A program made the position numbers and the translations under genes. Of a DNA stretch of 64,000 bases, positions 37,170 to 47,298 are shown piece after piece. This stretch comes from Candidatus Woesearchaeota archaeon (lineage in GTDB: Archaea > Nanobdellota > Nanobdellia > Woesearchaeales > 0-14-0-80-44-23). The notes below the pieces were generated by a model that was given only the letters and a program-made list of their open reading frames with translations, made no database searches and was not told the origin of the DNA. Numbering within the stretch: position 1 is the stretch's first letter; each line of letters starts with the position of its first letter. The stretch lies in NCBI GenBank assembly GCA_038874135.1, contig JAVZCZ010000001.1:768001-832000 (forward strand), written 5' to 3'.

Positions 37170-39038
37170 CTATGCGTTTATTAGAATTTCCATTTTTGGA
37201 CCGAATATTTTTTTTAGAGACTCAAAGCTTTTCTCCTTTATGAACACCACAGGCGCTTTTTCCAGCTTTGCAAGTTCAGAGTCCATCTCTTCAAAGCTGC
37301 TTTCTCTCAACTCAGATATCTCGCCATCCTCATTCACATTTGCCATTTGAACCTTCTTCCCCTCCTGCTCTGTCTTTATTATGAAGGCGGCCTTTTCCAG
37401 CATTATTACTTCTGCATATTTATTTTCATCATACTTTATCTTGATCTTTACTCGTTCAATCTGCTGTACATGGTACCTCTGCAGATATTCTATAACATAC
37501 TTTATAAATTCGGAGAAGGAATTCTTGAGCCTTTGAAGCTCCGCCTTGTCCAGTTTTCGTTCTTCGTAATCTTTTTTTCCCTTGATTATCTCTCTAAGTA
37601 GCCTGCTGAACTTTTCAGGCATCTTTCCAGTGTTAACAAGATGCTTTTCAAACAGTTCGGCAATTTCTTCTTCTGAAGCTTGAGTTATGCCTTCTGTTTT
37701 TAGAATGTCTCTTACAGCGGTTATAGTGCTTTCATATATGCTCCTCATGCTTTCCTCTTCTTTCATCTTGTTTATCTGGCTAAATAGGCGTTGTATCCTC
37801 TTTAGATATGCCTTTGCGTCTGTGAGAAGCTGGTCTATCTCTTTTCCAGTCAGCTCCTTCTTTTCCCCATGCTCAATGTCTTTTCTTACTTTTATATTTC
37901 TCTCTAATATGTCAACATATTTTTCTTCTAGAAGTCCTTCTTTCTTTACAAAGATTTCTCGCATCATCTCAGCAGTTTCTCTAGGAGCTGGCGGTGGCAC
38001 GCCGTACAGCATTAGAGCTGCCTGTGATGGGGTAAGAATTGCATAGTATATGTCTTCCATTCCTATATCTTTCAGTTTCGTCTCAACATGGTTGAGCATC
38101 TGTTCTCCCGTGCTCATAAACATGTCTATTGCTTCCTGAGAGGGCTTTATCCTACCCATCTTTAAAAGCTGCTTCCAAGGCATAAATATTCCTCTATCGT
38201 ATAATGGCACTCCGTCCCTCAACAGGGTGAATATTATTGGATTCGCTTCTCTGAGAGAGTCCCAGAAGTCAGTAAGTATGTACACTTGTATGTTTAGCTT
38301 ATTTTTTATTCCTGTAATCTCTCCGGCTTCTATTCCCATGCTTATTATTATTGCCCTCAGCTTGTCTTTGAGCTCAGCTCTAGTCATTCTCTTAACATCA
38401 GTGTCGTCAATAACAACCCACACGTCAATATCTGAATTCTTAGTTGCCTTCCCCTTAACAAGAGATCCTGCTAATACGTAACTCACTATGTACTTCTCAA
38501 ATTTCTTAATTACCATTGACTTGTGAATTTCTCCAATCTTTATTGCAGAGAGCATTCCATTGTCATAAACTGGCGCCGCCATTGCTATTGTTTGTAAAAG
38601 CTCATATTTACCGTCGTAGCAGGACTGCCACAGCTCTGAAAGTAGCACAGTTTTGGGCACCAGCTTTTCATCTACTTCTCTTGCCATCTGCTCAACTATT
38701 GATGCCAGCTTTAGAGAAAGCTCGTCTTTGCTCATCTTCTTTGAATCAGAATCATCAACTAGGATTAGTAAAGGAAGCTGCTGTTTTCCATCTTTTTTCT
38801 CATCTTCCTTATTTTCAGGCGGGAGCAGTGCTATCCCAACCACATAGTTTGAGAACTTTTCTAAAAGTCTCTTCTTAAACTCGTCAATCTTTCCCTTTAA
38901 TTCCAGAATGTTCTTCTTAGTCTCTTCCGGAAGCTGCGTAATGAGTTTGTCAGTATCATTACTTTCAGCCTGCTGATTAATTCCCATTTTTTGAGAATTA
39001 TCATTTTTTTCTTCTGCCTTTTTCCTTGCCATAAACAT
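37170..39038 (-). CDS. Tandem nucleotidyltransferase (degenerate + intact) fused to HEPN-like domain
   Basis: GSLVKG...SDIDVWVVIDD. YYAILTPSQAAL and RKDIEH (R-x4-H). Confidence 0.7.
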   Translation of the reverse strand: MFMARKKAEEKNDNSQKMGINQQAESNDTDKLITQLPEETKKNILELKGKIDEFKKRLLEKFSNYVVGIALLPPENKEDEKKDGKQQLPLLILVDDSDSKKMSKDELSLKLASIVEQMAREVDEKLVPKTVLLSELWQSCYDGKYELLQTIAMAAPVYDNGMLSAIKIGEIHKSMVIKKFEKYIVSYVLAGSLVKGKATKNSDIDVWVVIDDTDVKRMTRAELKDKLRAIIISMGIEAGEITGIKNKLNIQVYILTDFWDSLREANPIIFTLLRDGVPLYDRGIFMPWKQLLKMGRIKPSQEAIDMFMSTGEQMLNHVETKLKDIGMEDIYYAILTPSQAALMLYGVPPPAPRETAEMMREIFVKKEGLLEEKYVDILERNIKVRKDIEHGEKKELTGKEIDQLLTDAKAYLKRIQRLFSQINKMKEEESMRSIYESTITAVRDILKTEGITQASEEEIAELFEKHLVNTGKMPEKFSRLLREIIKGKKDYEERKLDKAELQRLKNSFSEFIKYVIEYLQRYHVQQIERVKIKIKYDENKYAEVIMLEKAAFIIKTEQEGKKVQMANVNEDGEISELRESSFEEMDSELAKLEKAPVVFIKEKSFESLKKIFGPKMEILINA

Positions 39039-39145
39039 CTCCTCTATTTTTTCTTACTTTACCACTTACTTTACCGGCATATATAAAGGTTTCCAAACAA
39101 AGTTTTAAATAATCATCTGTCTTCTAACCCTACAGGTGGTTTAAT

Positions 39146-39760
39146 ATGGGAGTTGACTATGCTAAGATTGAGCAGAGGATACTTGACGAGGCACTTCCGG
39201 GAGCCGAAACCTTGGAGTCCTTGATATATGGAGCTTACTATAAAATTCTGGATTCTGATGAGCTGCACTATAAAGAGCACGCATTTGAAGATGTTCATAA
39301 GGATAAACTTGTAAATGAGATTATCAGTAGATTGAAGCAGTTCTTTTTGGCGAAAAACGAGGACTACAAGCAAATGGACAAGGAGCTGTTTGATAAGAAT
39401 TTTAACGATTATATAATGAAAAGCGTTTTCGGTATAACTCCTTCTGAGCTAAGAGAACAGTTCATGGATTTAAAAAGGATAACTCATCAACACATAAGCC
39501 AAATCGCATCCTCAATCTCTAGAAACTATTATTCTTATACAGTGCATTCTGCCTTTTCCGACATTAAAAGTTTAAGTGACATCAAGGGCGCTTTTGACTA
39601 CCTCAAAAACAGCTACAAGTCTTTAGGTATTAATCCTCCAGATTTTGAAAAGAAGATTGCCGAGTCACCTAATAAACTGCCCATGGATATTGTAAAGCAG
39701 CACTACTTAGAGGTTGCAAGCCAGAAGTATGAAAATAAGCTGAAACAGAAGTATTCTTAA
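39146..39760 (+). CDS. Hypothetical helical protein
   Basis: 204-aa ORF with AGGTGG SD and upstream TATA-like TTTTAAATA. Confidence 0.7.
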   Translation: MGVDYAKIEQRILDEALPGAETLESLIYGAYYKILDSDELHYKEHAFEDVHKDKLVNEIISRLKQFFLAKNEDYKQMDKELFDKNFNDYIMKSVFGITPSELREQFMDLKRITHQHISQIASSISRNYYSYTVHSAFSDIKSLSDIKGAFDYLKNSYKSLGINPPDFEKKIAESPNKLPMDIVKQHYLEVASQKYENKLKQKYS

Positions 39761-39787
39761 CTTTTAACTTTTGCAGCTAAAATTTTT

Positions 39788-40456
39788 TTATCTTAACTTT
39801 TTTGAAAGCCCGCTGGCTATAAAGCCGAATGGAGCCATGAGCCAGCTTCCTCCTGCAAGTGTTTTCTTTAAACGGATTGCTTTTTCCAATGAAAGGGATT
39901 CTGAAAATGTAGTGTAGCCCGATCCAACTTCAAAAGGGAAGTGCGCATCAGAGCCACCTGTTCTTGCAATTTTGTACTTCTGAGCTGCAACTTCTGCATT
40001 CCTGTTTGCTCCAGGCACTATGTTTCTCGCGTTAAATGTTTCAATTGCATCCACAACTTTAGCTGCCCTTTTGAGATCTCCGCTGAAATTCTTCCTGAAC
40101 CGCGTAAAGGGGTGCGCTATTGAGCAGAGAGCCCCCTGCCGTCTTATCTCATCTATAACATCTTCAAACCTGCCCGGGCGTATCCTCTCATTAAGATAAT
40201 ACGCAAGTATCTCCCCCTTATCAGTAAGGATTTCCTCTCCAATCACAACTTCAAAAGTTTTGTTAGAAAATAGCTTCTTTGCAAGCTTCTTGGCTTCTAA
40301 AGCACCTCTAATCTCGTTGTGGTCTGTTATTGCAATACCATCTAGCCCTCTAATCTTCGCGAACCTCAAAGTGTCTTTAATGCTCTGAAAACTGCATTTG
40401 GAGTAAATCGTGTGGCAGTGAAGATCATACCTAAGCTTTTTCTCATCCGAGTCCAT
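39788..40456 (-). CDS. PHP-family metal-dependent phosphoesterase
   Basis: DLHCHT, AITDHN, AHPF, GGSDAH. Confidence 0.9.
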   Translation of the reverse strand: MDSDEKKLRYDLHCHTIYSKCSFQSIKDTLRFAKIRGLDGIAITDHNEIRGALEAKKLAKKLFSNKTFEVVIGEEILTDKGEILAYYLNERIRPGRFEDVIDEIRRQGALCSIAHPFTRFRKNFSGDLKRAAKVVDAIETFNARNIVPGANRNAEVAAQKYKIARTGGSDAHFPFEVGSGYTTFSESLSLEKAIRLKKTLAGGSWLMAPFGFIASGLSKKLR

Positions 40457-40540
40457 GCTCGCAGTTTTTCTCAGGTTAAATATAAAACTTGTGCTTCCGC
40501 AAAATTTTTATAACCTTATCAGATAATCAAAAACCTGTGT

Positions 40541-40612
40541 GCGGCCGTGGTCTAGCGGCTATGATTCGAGCTTCCCAAGCTTGCGACCCGGGTTCGAATC
40601 CCGGCGGCCGCA
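40541..40612 (+). tRNA. tRNA-Gly(CCC)
   Basis: GCGGCCG...CGAGC-TTCCCAA-GCTTG...GGTTCGAATCC...CGGCCGC-A. Confidence 0.95.
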
Positions 40613-40683
40613 TTTTTCACTTCTTAATAGAGAAAAAATTTAAATATTGCACTGTCTAAAGAGTTTTTGTAGGGGGTGTTTTT

Positions 40684-41931
40684 ATGAAAGCTTGGAAGAA
40701 GTTTTTAGTCGGCGCTGTTGTTGGTGGGGCTCTGCTCGTATCAGCTTTAGTGCCAAGCTGTCAGAAGCAGCATTCAAACTTTTACATCCTTGATGAGTGG
40801 GCGGTTATGGAAGGATGCACTTCAAGTTCAAATTTTTCAGCAAAGGGCGTTCCTAAGCTGGAGATGATTGTTAAGCAGCCGGTTGTCTACATAAGGTCTG
40901 AATCTGAGATGGATGATTTGGATTTAAGGTTTGAGCTTCCCACTATTTCAAGTAGGAATTCCGTATTAGTATACCCTCAAGCTTCAGTTTCTGAAAGCGC
41001 TGTTGAGTGGAACAATGTTAAAGTGTTCAGCTCTATTAACAAGGTTGTAAATCCTGCGAAATCAGGAAACTCAGACCTGGACGCTCTGCTAGATGTACTT
41101 GGAGAGACCGATTCAAACATATTAAGTGTCGGTTCAACAAGGTCAAAATTCTTATTTTATGAGGCGGAGCTTAAATTTTCAAATCCGGTCAGAATCTCTT
41201 ATGATAATGAAGAGGTGCGAATAAGAAACATTGCAGATTACACATTAGAAAATTTGGTTTTTTCTGCAGAGTTTCCGACAGGGGAAAGTCCAATCTTCGG
41301 CAGGAACTACTTTGCAACTGCAGCCAAGCTTAATCCTGGAGAGGAGCTTGTGCTTAAACTTTCAGAGAATGCTCCTGAATATTCAATATTTAAGGATGAC
41401 CTAATTAGATTGGGCTTTTCTGAGCGGGAGGCTGATGCATTCGTAAATACTTGGGCTTCAAAGCTTTTAAACCCAGGAATTCAAGGGCGATCTGCACAGC
41501 TGACCTTTAGGATTCCTGAAAAAGAATATGACAAAATAATCCCGTTAAAGGCAAATCCCGTTCCGAAAGATACAAACAGAGCAATGTATGTTCTGTTAGA
41601 TGCTGGCTCATGCCTTAAACCAAGTTCAGAATTATATGAGAAATATGCACAAATACTTCCGGCAGAAGCTCTGGCGCTTCTTAGAAATCCAGATTCCAAG
41701 TGGCAGCTGACTGCAGATCCTGATTATAAGAAGTCAGAGGTAACATGCGAGGCGTGCGGCTGGATATGCTACTCAACACCAGTCCCATTTGAGTATGTTA
41801 TCTCAGGAGATAGAGGAGATCAGCTTGAGATTAGAATTAGAAATGTGCAGTGCTTCGGCAGGGTGCCAATCTTCTATTATAATAGCAAGGAATTTAGGCC
41901 TTCCCTCTCTCTTGAAGATGTGGACAAGTAA
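40684..41931 (+). CDS. Secreted/lipoprotein-like hypothetical protein
   Basis: Signal peptide ending PSC. KQPVVYI, FLFYEA and LGFSEREADAFVNTW motifs. Confidence 0.65.
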   Translation: MKAWKKFLVGAVVGGALLVSALVPSCQKQHSNFYILDEWAVMEGCTSSSNFSAKGVPKLEMIVKQPVVYIRSESEMDDLDLRFELPTISSRNSVLVYPQASVSESAVEWNNVKVFSSINKVVNPAKSGNSDLDALLDVLGETDSNILSVGSTRSKFLFYEAELKFSNPVRISYDNEEVRIRNIADYTLENLVFSAEFPTGESPIFGRNYFATAAKLNPGEELVLKLSENAPEYSIFKDDLIRLGFSEREADAFVNTWASKLLNPGIQGRSAQLTFRIPEKEYDKIIPLKANPVPKDTNRAMYVLLDAGSCLKPSSELYEKYAQILPAEALALLRNPDSKWQLTADPDYKKSEVTCEACGWICYSTPVPFEYVISGDRGDQLEIRIRNVQCFGRVPIFYYNSKEFRPSLSLEDVDK

Positions 41932-42717
41932 TCATATTGAGAATGAGTATGTGAAGCTTTTTCCAAGGTTTCCTTTTTCCTCTTTCAAATTTTTGTATGC
42001 TTCGTATATTTCTCTTCTCCTTTCCAGCACGAGTTTCATGACTCCCTCTTTGTGTCCAGCGCCTAGAACTGCGATGACTTTTTTTCCAGGATTTGACCTC
42101 ATTATTTCAACTATCCTGCTAGCCATTATCCGATTCCTGTCCTCAACGAGCACTTCATACAAGCTAGGGTACCTCTTCTTAATCTCTTCAACAGCCCTTT
42201 TTACAACTTCATCTTCAGGCACTTTTTCAAGGTCAAGCTGAACATCCTGAGCAATCATTCCGCGCTTAAACAAAATTCCACTAATTAAGTCCCAAGCCAT
42301 TCTGGAAGCCTCTCTAAGCGTGAATCTTCTGGAAAACTCTTTGAGTGTAATTTCAAGGTTTCTATCTATTAAGAAGATTGGAATTTCACGCCTTTTTGCT
42401 TCCATTATTGCAGCCTTCATATCCACGCCAGGAGTAGAGCCTATGCTTTCGCCCAAACGCTTTTGAATTATTCCTCCAATCTTAGCAAAGAGGTATCCCT
42501 TGAAGCCCAACTTTTTTGTATCTGAAAGAGATGGCCCTCTCTTTTCTTCCAGTACGCTCATTAACGCCTGCATCCTGTTTGAGTCCAGTTCTAATGCGCA
42601 GATTTCCGGAGAAAATTCTGAAAACTTGTCCCTTATTAGTTTAGAGGTTGAGGTTGCAATGTGAGAGGTTCCAACTATGAGCAACCTTTTTTTAACATAT
42701 TCTTCTGCCTCGTCCAT
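41932..42717 (-). CDS. TraB/PrgY family protein
   Basis: VGTSHI, ALELD, PGVDM, LIDR, EDRN, VLGAGH. Confidence 0.9.
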   Translation of the reverse strand: MDEAEEYVKKRLLIVGTSHIATSTSKLIRDKFSEFSPEICALELDSNRMQALMSVLEEKRGPSLSDTKKLGFKGYLFAKIGGIIQKRLGESIGSTPGVDMKAAIMEAKRREIPIFLIDRNLEITLKEFSRRFTLREASRMAWDLISGILFKRGMIAQDVQLDLEKVPEDEVVKRAVEEIKKRYPSLYEVLVEDRNRIMASRIVEIMRSNPGKKVIAVLGAGHKEGVMKLVLERRREIYEAYKNLKEEKGNLGKSFTYSFSI

Positions 42718-42818
42718 TAAAATGGCTTTTTATAGTGCTCATTATAAAGTTTATGCGCAAGATTTAAATAGTAGCAATTAAATAGTCAGCCCATCCAAAA
42801 ATATGGAGGGATAAGGCT

Positions 42819-43112
42819 ATGCTCAAGATGAAGAGGATAAGTGAGATGTATGGTATGAAGGTTTTTACTGATGCTGGCGACTATTTTGGAGATGTAGAAG
42901 AGGCTGTGCTTACCTCTTCCAAGATTTATGGGTGGAGAATAAGGGCAGGCAGGGAGTCATTCCTGGGAAAGATTTTGGGAGGAGGAGCTAAGGGTGTAAT
43001 TGTGCCTCACCACTTTGTTGAGAGTATAGGGGATGTTATGATTATAAGGAAGCTCGCAATACCCAGCTCTGCAACAGAAACAGCAGAGGAATCCCCGCGT
43101 GAAGAGGAGTAA
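42819..43112 (+). CDS. PRC-barrel protein (CdpB-like)
   Basis: GMKVFTDAGDYFGDVEE...VESIGDVMII. Confidence 0.8.
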   Translation: MLKMKRISEMYGMKVFTDAGDYFGDVEEAVLTSSKIYGWRIRAGRESFLGKILGGGAKGVIVPHHFVESIGDVMIIRKLAIPSSATETAEESPREEE

Positions 43113-43148
43113 TTTCTTCTTTTTACCCTGTTCTTCTGTTATCCGCTT

Positions 43149-43628
43149 ATGTCTAAGACGCTCAAATTTTTGAACACTAGAGATGCAAAGGAAGTATTAA
43201 ATATTGTGAAGGAGCAGTGGGGTGCTGATTTAATATCTGAAGGATTTCTTGATAAGTTTGCTCTCATGCAGGACTCAAATAACAACATATTCATAATTTC
43301 TAAAGGAGTCTCAGCGCTCAACAGTGTCAAGCATTTGAGAATTGACTCGGCAGGATTATACTTTGGAGAATTGAAAAATGGTAATCTCAGATTGAGTATT
43401 GAAGGTTCTCAAATTGTTGGCAGGCATGCTTCAAAGAACATAGTTAAACTTTCAAGAGAGGAATGTTCTGAATGGATGAAGGGCAACTCAATTAGAAAAG
43501 ACATCCCATCACACCAAGGGTACCTCATTGTTAAATACGAAAACTATTTTCTAGGCTGCGGCAGAATTAAGGACGGAATGCTCCTAAACTTTATCCCGAA
43601 GGTCAGGCGGGTTTCTGAGCCCTGGTAA
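43149..43628 (+). CDS. NIP7/RsmF C-terminal PUA-like RNA-binding protein
   Basis: GLYFGE...RLSIEGSQ...LGCG...NFIPK. Confidence 0.75.
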   Translation: MSKTLKFLNTRDAKEVLNIVKEQWGADLISEGFLDKFALMQDSNNNIFIISKGVSALNSVKHLRIDSAGLYFGELKNGNLRLSIEGSQIVGRHASKNIVKLSREECSEWMKGNSIRKDIPSHQGYLIVKYENYFLGCGRIKDGMLLNFIPKVRRVSEPW

Positions 43629-44451
43629 GCTTATCTGCTTCTTCTAAAATTCTTAAAAGGTTCTCATACTTCAGGTTTTGTATCTTCTTATTGAGTATTC
43701 CCCTTCCAAGAGGGATTCTGCTAACTAGTATTCCAGCTTCCCTCTTTGTTATTTTAAGCATTTTTATGAAGATTTCACGAAGAGCATTCTTAACTAGCTT
43801 ATCCCGCTGCAGGTAAAGCTCTCTAAGAAGGTATCTCTGAAACATAAGCTCAGAGGAGAGTGCTTCTTCAATACTTATTGGCTCGCGCTTCCTCACACTT
43901 ACAAGTACGGTTCTGGCCTTTGGTGCCGGGCTGAATGATTCTGGAAGTATCTCCCTCACGAAGTTCATTCTTAAAAATGCGTCTGCAAAAAGCCCAAGCT
44001 TCGTATTCTTGGCAGCTATCCTATCTGAGAACCTCTTGGGAAGGAGCAATATGGCTTTTTCATATTCTCTTAGGAAGAGTTGGTGCATAAGCGGCTCACA
44101 AATTAGGAATGGCGTGCTGGATATTATTTTGTTGAAATTAATTTTGGATATCACCTTAATTGCATCGCCTAATATCGGCTCTACATAGTCTAAGTGTTGA
44201 ACTTCCTTTTTCAGGATTTCAAATGTTTTAGGTTCAATTTCAACTGCATAGACCTTTTTGCATTTTGGGATGTTCTTAGTAATTGTGCCTATGCCAGCTC
44301 CGACTTCAAAGATAATGTCTTCAGGCATGACTTCCAAGAGCGTTATTATTTCCATTATGTTGTCCCTATTGTTAAGAAAATGCTGATCCATTGACGGATC
44401 TGGACTGAAATGATACCTCTTAAAAATTATGTCCAGCTCATCTTCTTCCAT
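43603..44451 (-). CDS. rsmA: 16S rRNA dimethyltransferase KsgA/RsmA family (divergent)
   Basis: DQHFL, EVGAGIGTIT, FSPAPK. Motif IV reads STPF rather than NLPY. Confidence 0.75.
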   Translation of the reverse strand: MEEDELDIIFKRYHFSPDPSMDQHFLNNRDNIMEIITLLEVMPEDIIFEVGAGIGTITKNIPKCKKVYAVEIEPKTFEILKKEVQHLDYVEPILGDAIKVISKINFNKIISSTPFLICEPLMHQLFLREYEKAILLLPKRFSDRIAAKNTKLGLFADAFLRMNFVREILPESFSPAPKARTVLVSVRKREPISIEEALSSELMFQRYLLRELYLQRDKLVKNALREIFIKMLKITKREAGILVSRIPLGRGILNKKIQNLKYENLLRILEEADKLTRAQKPA

Positions 44452-44499
44452 GCACTCTCACTTTTGTTAGAGAATTTATAACTTTTTCTTTTTAGTAAT

Positions 44500-44904
44500 T
44501 CACGCTTCTCTTATTGTGACTAAAATCCTGGATTTCGGGCTTTTAAGATACTTCACAAGATCTCTTGACATTTGAGAAGCCGCCTTATCAGCCAATACGC
44601 CCAGCGTCCTTTCTGATTCATAGTCACTTTTTCTTATTACAATCTCCCGGTCAGAGCTAAAACTTTTATTCAGCACTGCTCTAATAGTTTCTCTGATGCC
44701 GTTTCCGCATATTTCAATTTCAATCATATGCGATTTTACCATTTTAATGAACTCTTGGATGGCTTCTGGAGAAAAATCAGCGCTGACACCAAGAATGCAG
44801 TCTCCATTCTTAGTTAATTCAGAGTCCTTAGTAAATTCTATTGTTTTTTTATGAGTGGCAAGTATGTTTTTATGTCCAAAGGCGTTAAAACTGACCTGCG
44901 CCAT
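44500..44904 (-). CDS. DUF371 family protein
   Basis: GHKNILATHKKTIEFTKD...GDCILGV...IRKS...ADKAA. Confidence 0.85.
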   Translation of the reverse strand: MAQVSFNAFGHKNILATHKKTIEFTKDSELTKNGDCILGVSADFSPEAIQEFIKMVKSHMIEIEICGNGIRETIRAVLNKSFSSDREIVIRKSDYESERTLGVLADKAASQMSRDLVKYLKSPKSRILVTIREA

Positions 44905-44914
44905 TTCAAAATTC

Positions 44915-45148
44915 CTACTGCAAAACTTCGTCAATGGGCTTCTTCTTCTCTTCTTTCTTCTGTTCAGACTGCTTCTGCCCAAGCTCAACTCCCAAATCTT
45001 TCAAAGACTTAAGATGCATCTGCATAAGCTGTTCAACTATTGAGAGGGTCTTCAAAAATTCTTCCCTTTCCTTGGCAAGAGTAGCCAAAGCCCCCTTATG
45101 GAATCCAATTTGTTCTTCTCTGCTCATTTCGCCCTTCTTCTCAGCCAT
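44915..45148 (-). CDS. Small coiled-coil hypothetical protein
   Basis: EQIGFHKGALATLAKEREE, in operon with IF-2. Confidence 0.7.
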   Translation of the reverse strand: MAEKKGEMSREEQIGFHKGALATLAKEREEFLKTLSIVEQLMQMHLKSLKDLGVELGQKQSEQKKEEKKKPIDEVLQ

Positions 45149-45153
45149 TTTTC

Positions 45154-46950
45154 TCACACTCCCCATAATTTATTCTCTTTTCTCATCTCCAGAGCAATTT
45201 CTCTCAGAGCCTCAACCTCATCTTCCCTTAAGTATTCCTTATAATTTTTTATCTTTACAAAATCGCTTTCAGGCATAAATGAATATAAAACATCTCCAGG
45301 ATTGAGCTGTCTTCCTATAGTAACACCTTCCAGGCTAACTGCTACTTGTTTGCCCTTAACCGCAGCAGGTATGCTCTGATTTTCCTCCTGTATTGTTTTT
45401 ACTACTGTAACCTTTTTGCCATCCTTCATCAGAGGGGTTTCGGGCTTCAGAGTGCCTAACAGCACTTCAACTCCAACAATTGCCGGATTGCTCTTCCTAA
45501 ATATGAAGTTTGGAAGTATCTGAATCTTGCACGGAGAGGTTATTGAACTCAGAGCAGCTCTTTCCAACTCTTCCTTTCTGGCATCTCTCCACCTTTCAAA
45601 CTCGTCAAGTAGATTATATATTATGTTAGAAGTGATTATCTTAACCTTTGAAGAGTTCAAATACTCTTTAGCCTCCTTGTTAGGTGAGGATTCAAATGCA
45701 ACTATCACTGCATTAAGCGGTTCCCTCTCCAAAGATGCCTCTGCATCTATAACATCGCTTTTAGTAATTGCTCCGAGCCCAACCTTTCTTATCTTTATCC
45801 CGCTGTTCTTAAAGAGGGTTACAACAGCTTCTAATGCTCCCAAATTTGCAGCCTTAACTATTATCCCTTCCTCCTCTGTTTCTATGAATATCTTTTTTAT
45901 ATCCCCCTGAACTTCATCTGATACTATACTTATCTCATTTTCCTTCCTGCATCCTAAAAAGGGCATTCCTGCAAGCATGCCTTCTGTTTCAGAACATTTG
46001 AGGCAAACTGAGGTAGCAGCAACAGCTTCCTCAACCTGCACAAGTTCATACCTTTTATCCTTTCTCGTAGGAGCCTTCTTTTCAAATATAGCTCTCACCT
46101 TAGCAGAAATGGGTCTCTCAACTCCCCCTACAACTATGAAATCTCCTTTTCTTAGAGTTCCATCATAAATTACTGCTTCAACAGTGCTTCCAAGGCCGGG
46201 TTCTTCCTTAACTTCTAAGATTGAGCCTTTAGCGTTTCCCTCAGCAGTGCAGTGAAGTCCTGAGCTTAGATATCTCTGCACAAGCCCCACTATCAAGCTT
46301 AGCAGTTCGGGAATTCCCTCGCCCGTTTTAGCAGAAACTGGAACTATTGCAATCTGTCTTGTAAAGTCCTCAACCCTGTCAAAACGTTCAGAAGCAAAGC
46401 CCATTGCGTACAATCTTTCCACTATGGTGTATATTCTCTGGTCTAGCAGCGCCTGCGTTTCACTACCCTGTTTTGAAATATTTTGTATGAGAAGCTCTTT
46501 AGGCATCGGTTCCCATCCAGGCACCATGTCAATCTTGTTTGCGGCAACTATGAACGGCGTCTTATTTGCTTTGAGAATGCCTATTACTTCCTCTGTTTGC
46601 GGCATGAACCCTTCATTTACATCCACAACTACAACTGCAAAGTCAGCTATTGAGCCGCCCCTCTTTCTCAGGCTAACAAAGGCAGAGTGTCCCGGAGTGT
46701 CTATAAATAGTATCCCGGGAAGGTTGAAATTAATCTTTGACTTGCAAAGTATTGGCTCGCAGATGCTCTTTATGTTCTCTATAGGGATTAAATACGCATT
46801 TATGCTCTGTGTAATCTGGCCTGCTTCGGTCTTAGTTATTGAGCTGCCCATAATTCTGTCTAGCAGGGAAGACTTTCCATGGTCTACATGCCCTTCAAAT
46901 ACGCATATTGGGCTTCTGAGCCTCTTGTTGCTTGGGCACTGCTCTTCCAT
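45154..46950 (-). CDS. infB: Translation initiation factor aIF5B (IF-2)
   Basis: GHVDHGKS, EAGQITQ, DTPGH, NKID. Confidence 0.95.
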   Translation of the reverse strand: MEEQCPSNKRLRSPICVFEGHVDHGKSSLLDRIMGSSITKTEAGQITQSINAYLIPIENIKSICEPILCKSKINFNLPGILFIDTPGHSAFVSLRKRGGSIADFAVVVVDVNEGFMPQTEEVIGILKANKTPFIVAANKIDMVPGWEPMPKELLIQNISKQGSETQALLDQRIYTIVERLYAMGFASERFDRVEDFTRQIAIVPVSAKTGEGIPELLSLIVGLVQRYLSSGLHCTAEGNAKGSILEVKEEPGLGSTVEAVIYDGTLRKGDFIVVGGVERPISAKVRAIFEKKAPTRKDKRYELVQVEEAVAATSVCLKCSETEGMLAGMPFLGCRKENEISIVSDEVQGDIKKIFIETEEEGIIVKAANLGALEAVVTLFKNSGIKIRKVGLGAITKSDVIDAEASLEREPLNAVIVAFESSPNKEAKEYLNSSKVKIITSNIIYNLLDEFERWRDARKEELERAALSSITSPCKIQILPNFIFRKSNPAIVGVEVLLGTLKPETPLMKDGKKVTVVKTIQEENQSIPAAVKGKQVAVSLEGVTIGRQLNPGDVLYSFMPESDFVKIKNYKEYLREDEVEALREIALEMRKENKLWGV

Positions 46951-46983
46951 GCATAAGAGAAATTTTGAGGTGCTTTTAAATCT

Positions 46984-47298
46984 TTACAAAATTTCAGAGC
47001 AGAGCCATCTGTAATATTCTTTATTTGCCTCAGCTTCCATTTTGAGAATGCAGGGAACATCGTATGGGTGAACCTTTTCAATTTCTCTTTTGACACTATT
47101 AAAATTGCTGGCTCTTGTTTTTAATATCAGTGCATATTCCCTTGCGCGCTCAACTCTTCCATTCCACTTATAGATACTGTCTATTCTGAACATATTTGCG
47201 CAGGCGACCAGCTTCTTACTAATTAGCAGCTCAGCTATCTCCTCTGCATTTTTCTTGCTCGGACAGGTAGTGTATGCTAGCACTATATTTTTTCCCAC
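46984..47298 (-). CDS. cutA: Divalent-cation tolerance protein CutA
   Basis: LVACAN, SIYKWNG, HPYDVPCI. Confidence 0.9.
   Translation of the reverse strand: MGKNIVLAYTTCPSKKNAEEIAELLISKKLVACANMFRIDSIYKWNGRVERAREYALILKTRASNFNSVKREIEKVHPYDVPCILKMEAEANKEYYRWLCSEIL

Noticed and set aside
35066-41931. tRNA genes as integration sites of a mobile element
   Set aside because: No integrase and no duplicated tRNA 3' end found in the window.
44905-44988. Extended N-terminus of DUF371 in the ORF track
   Set aside because: Overlaps the upstream gene. The family-like sequence starts at ATG 44904.
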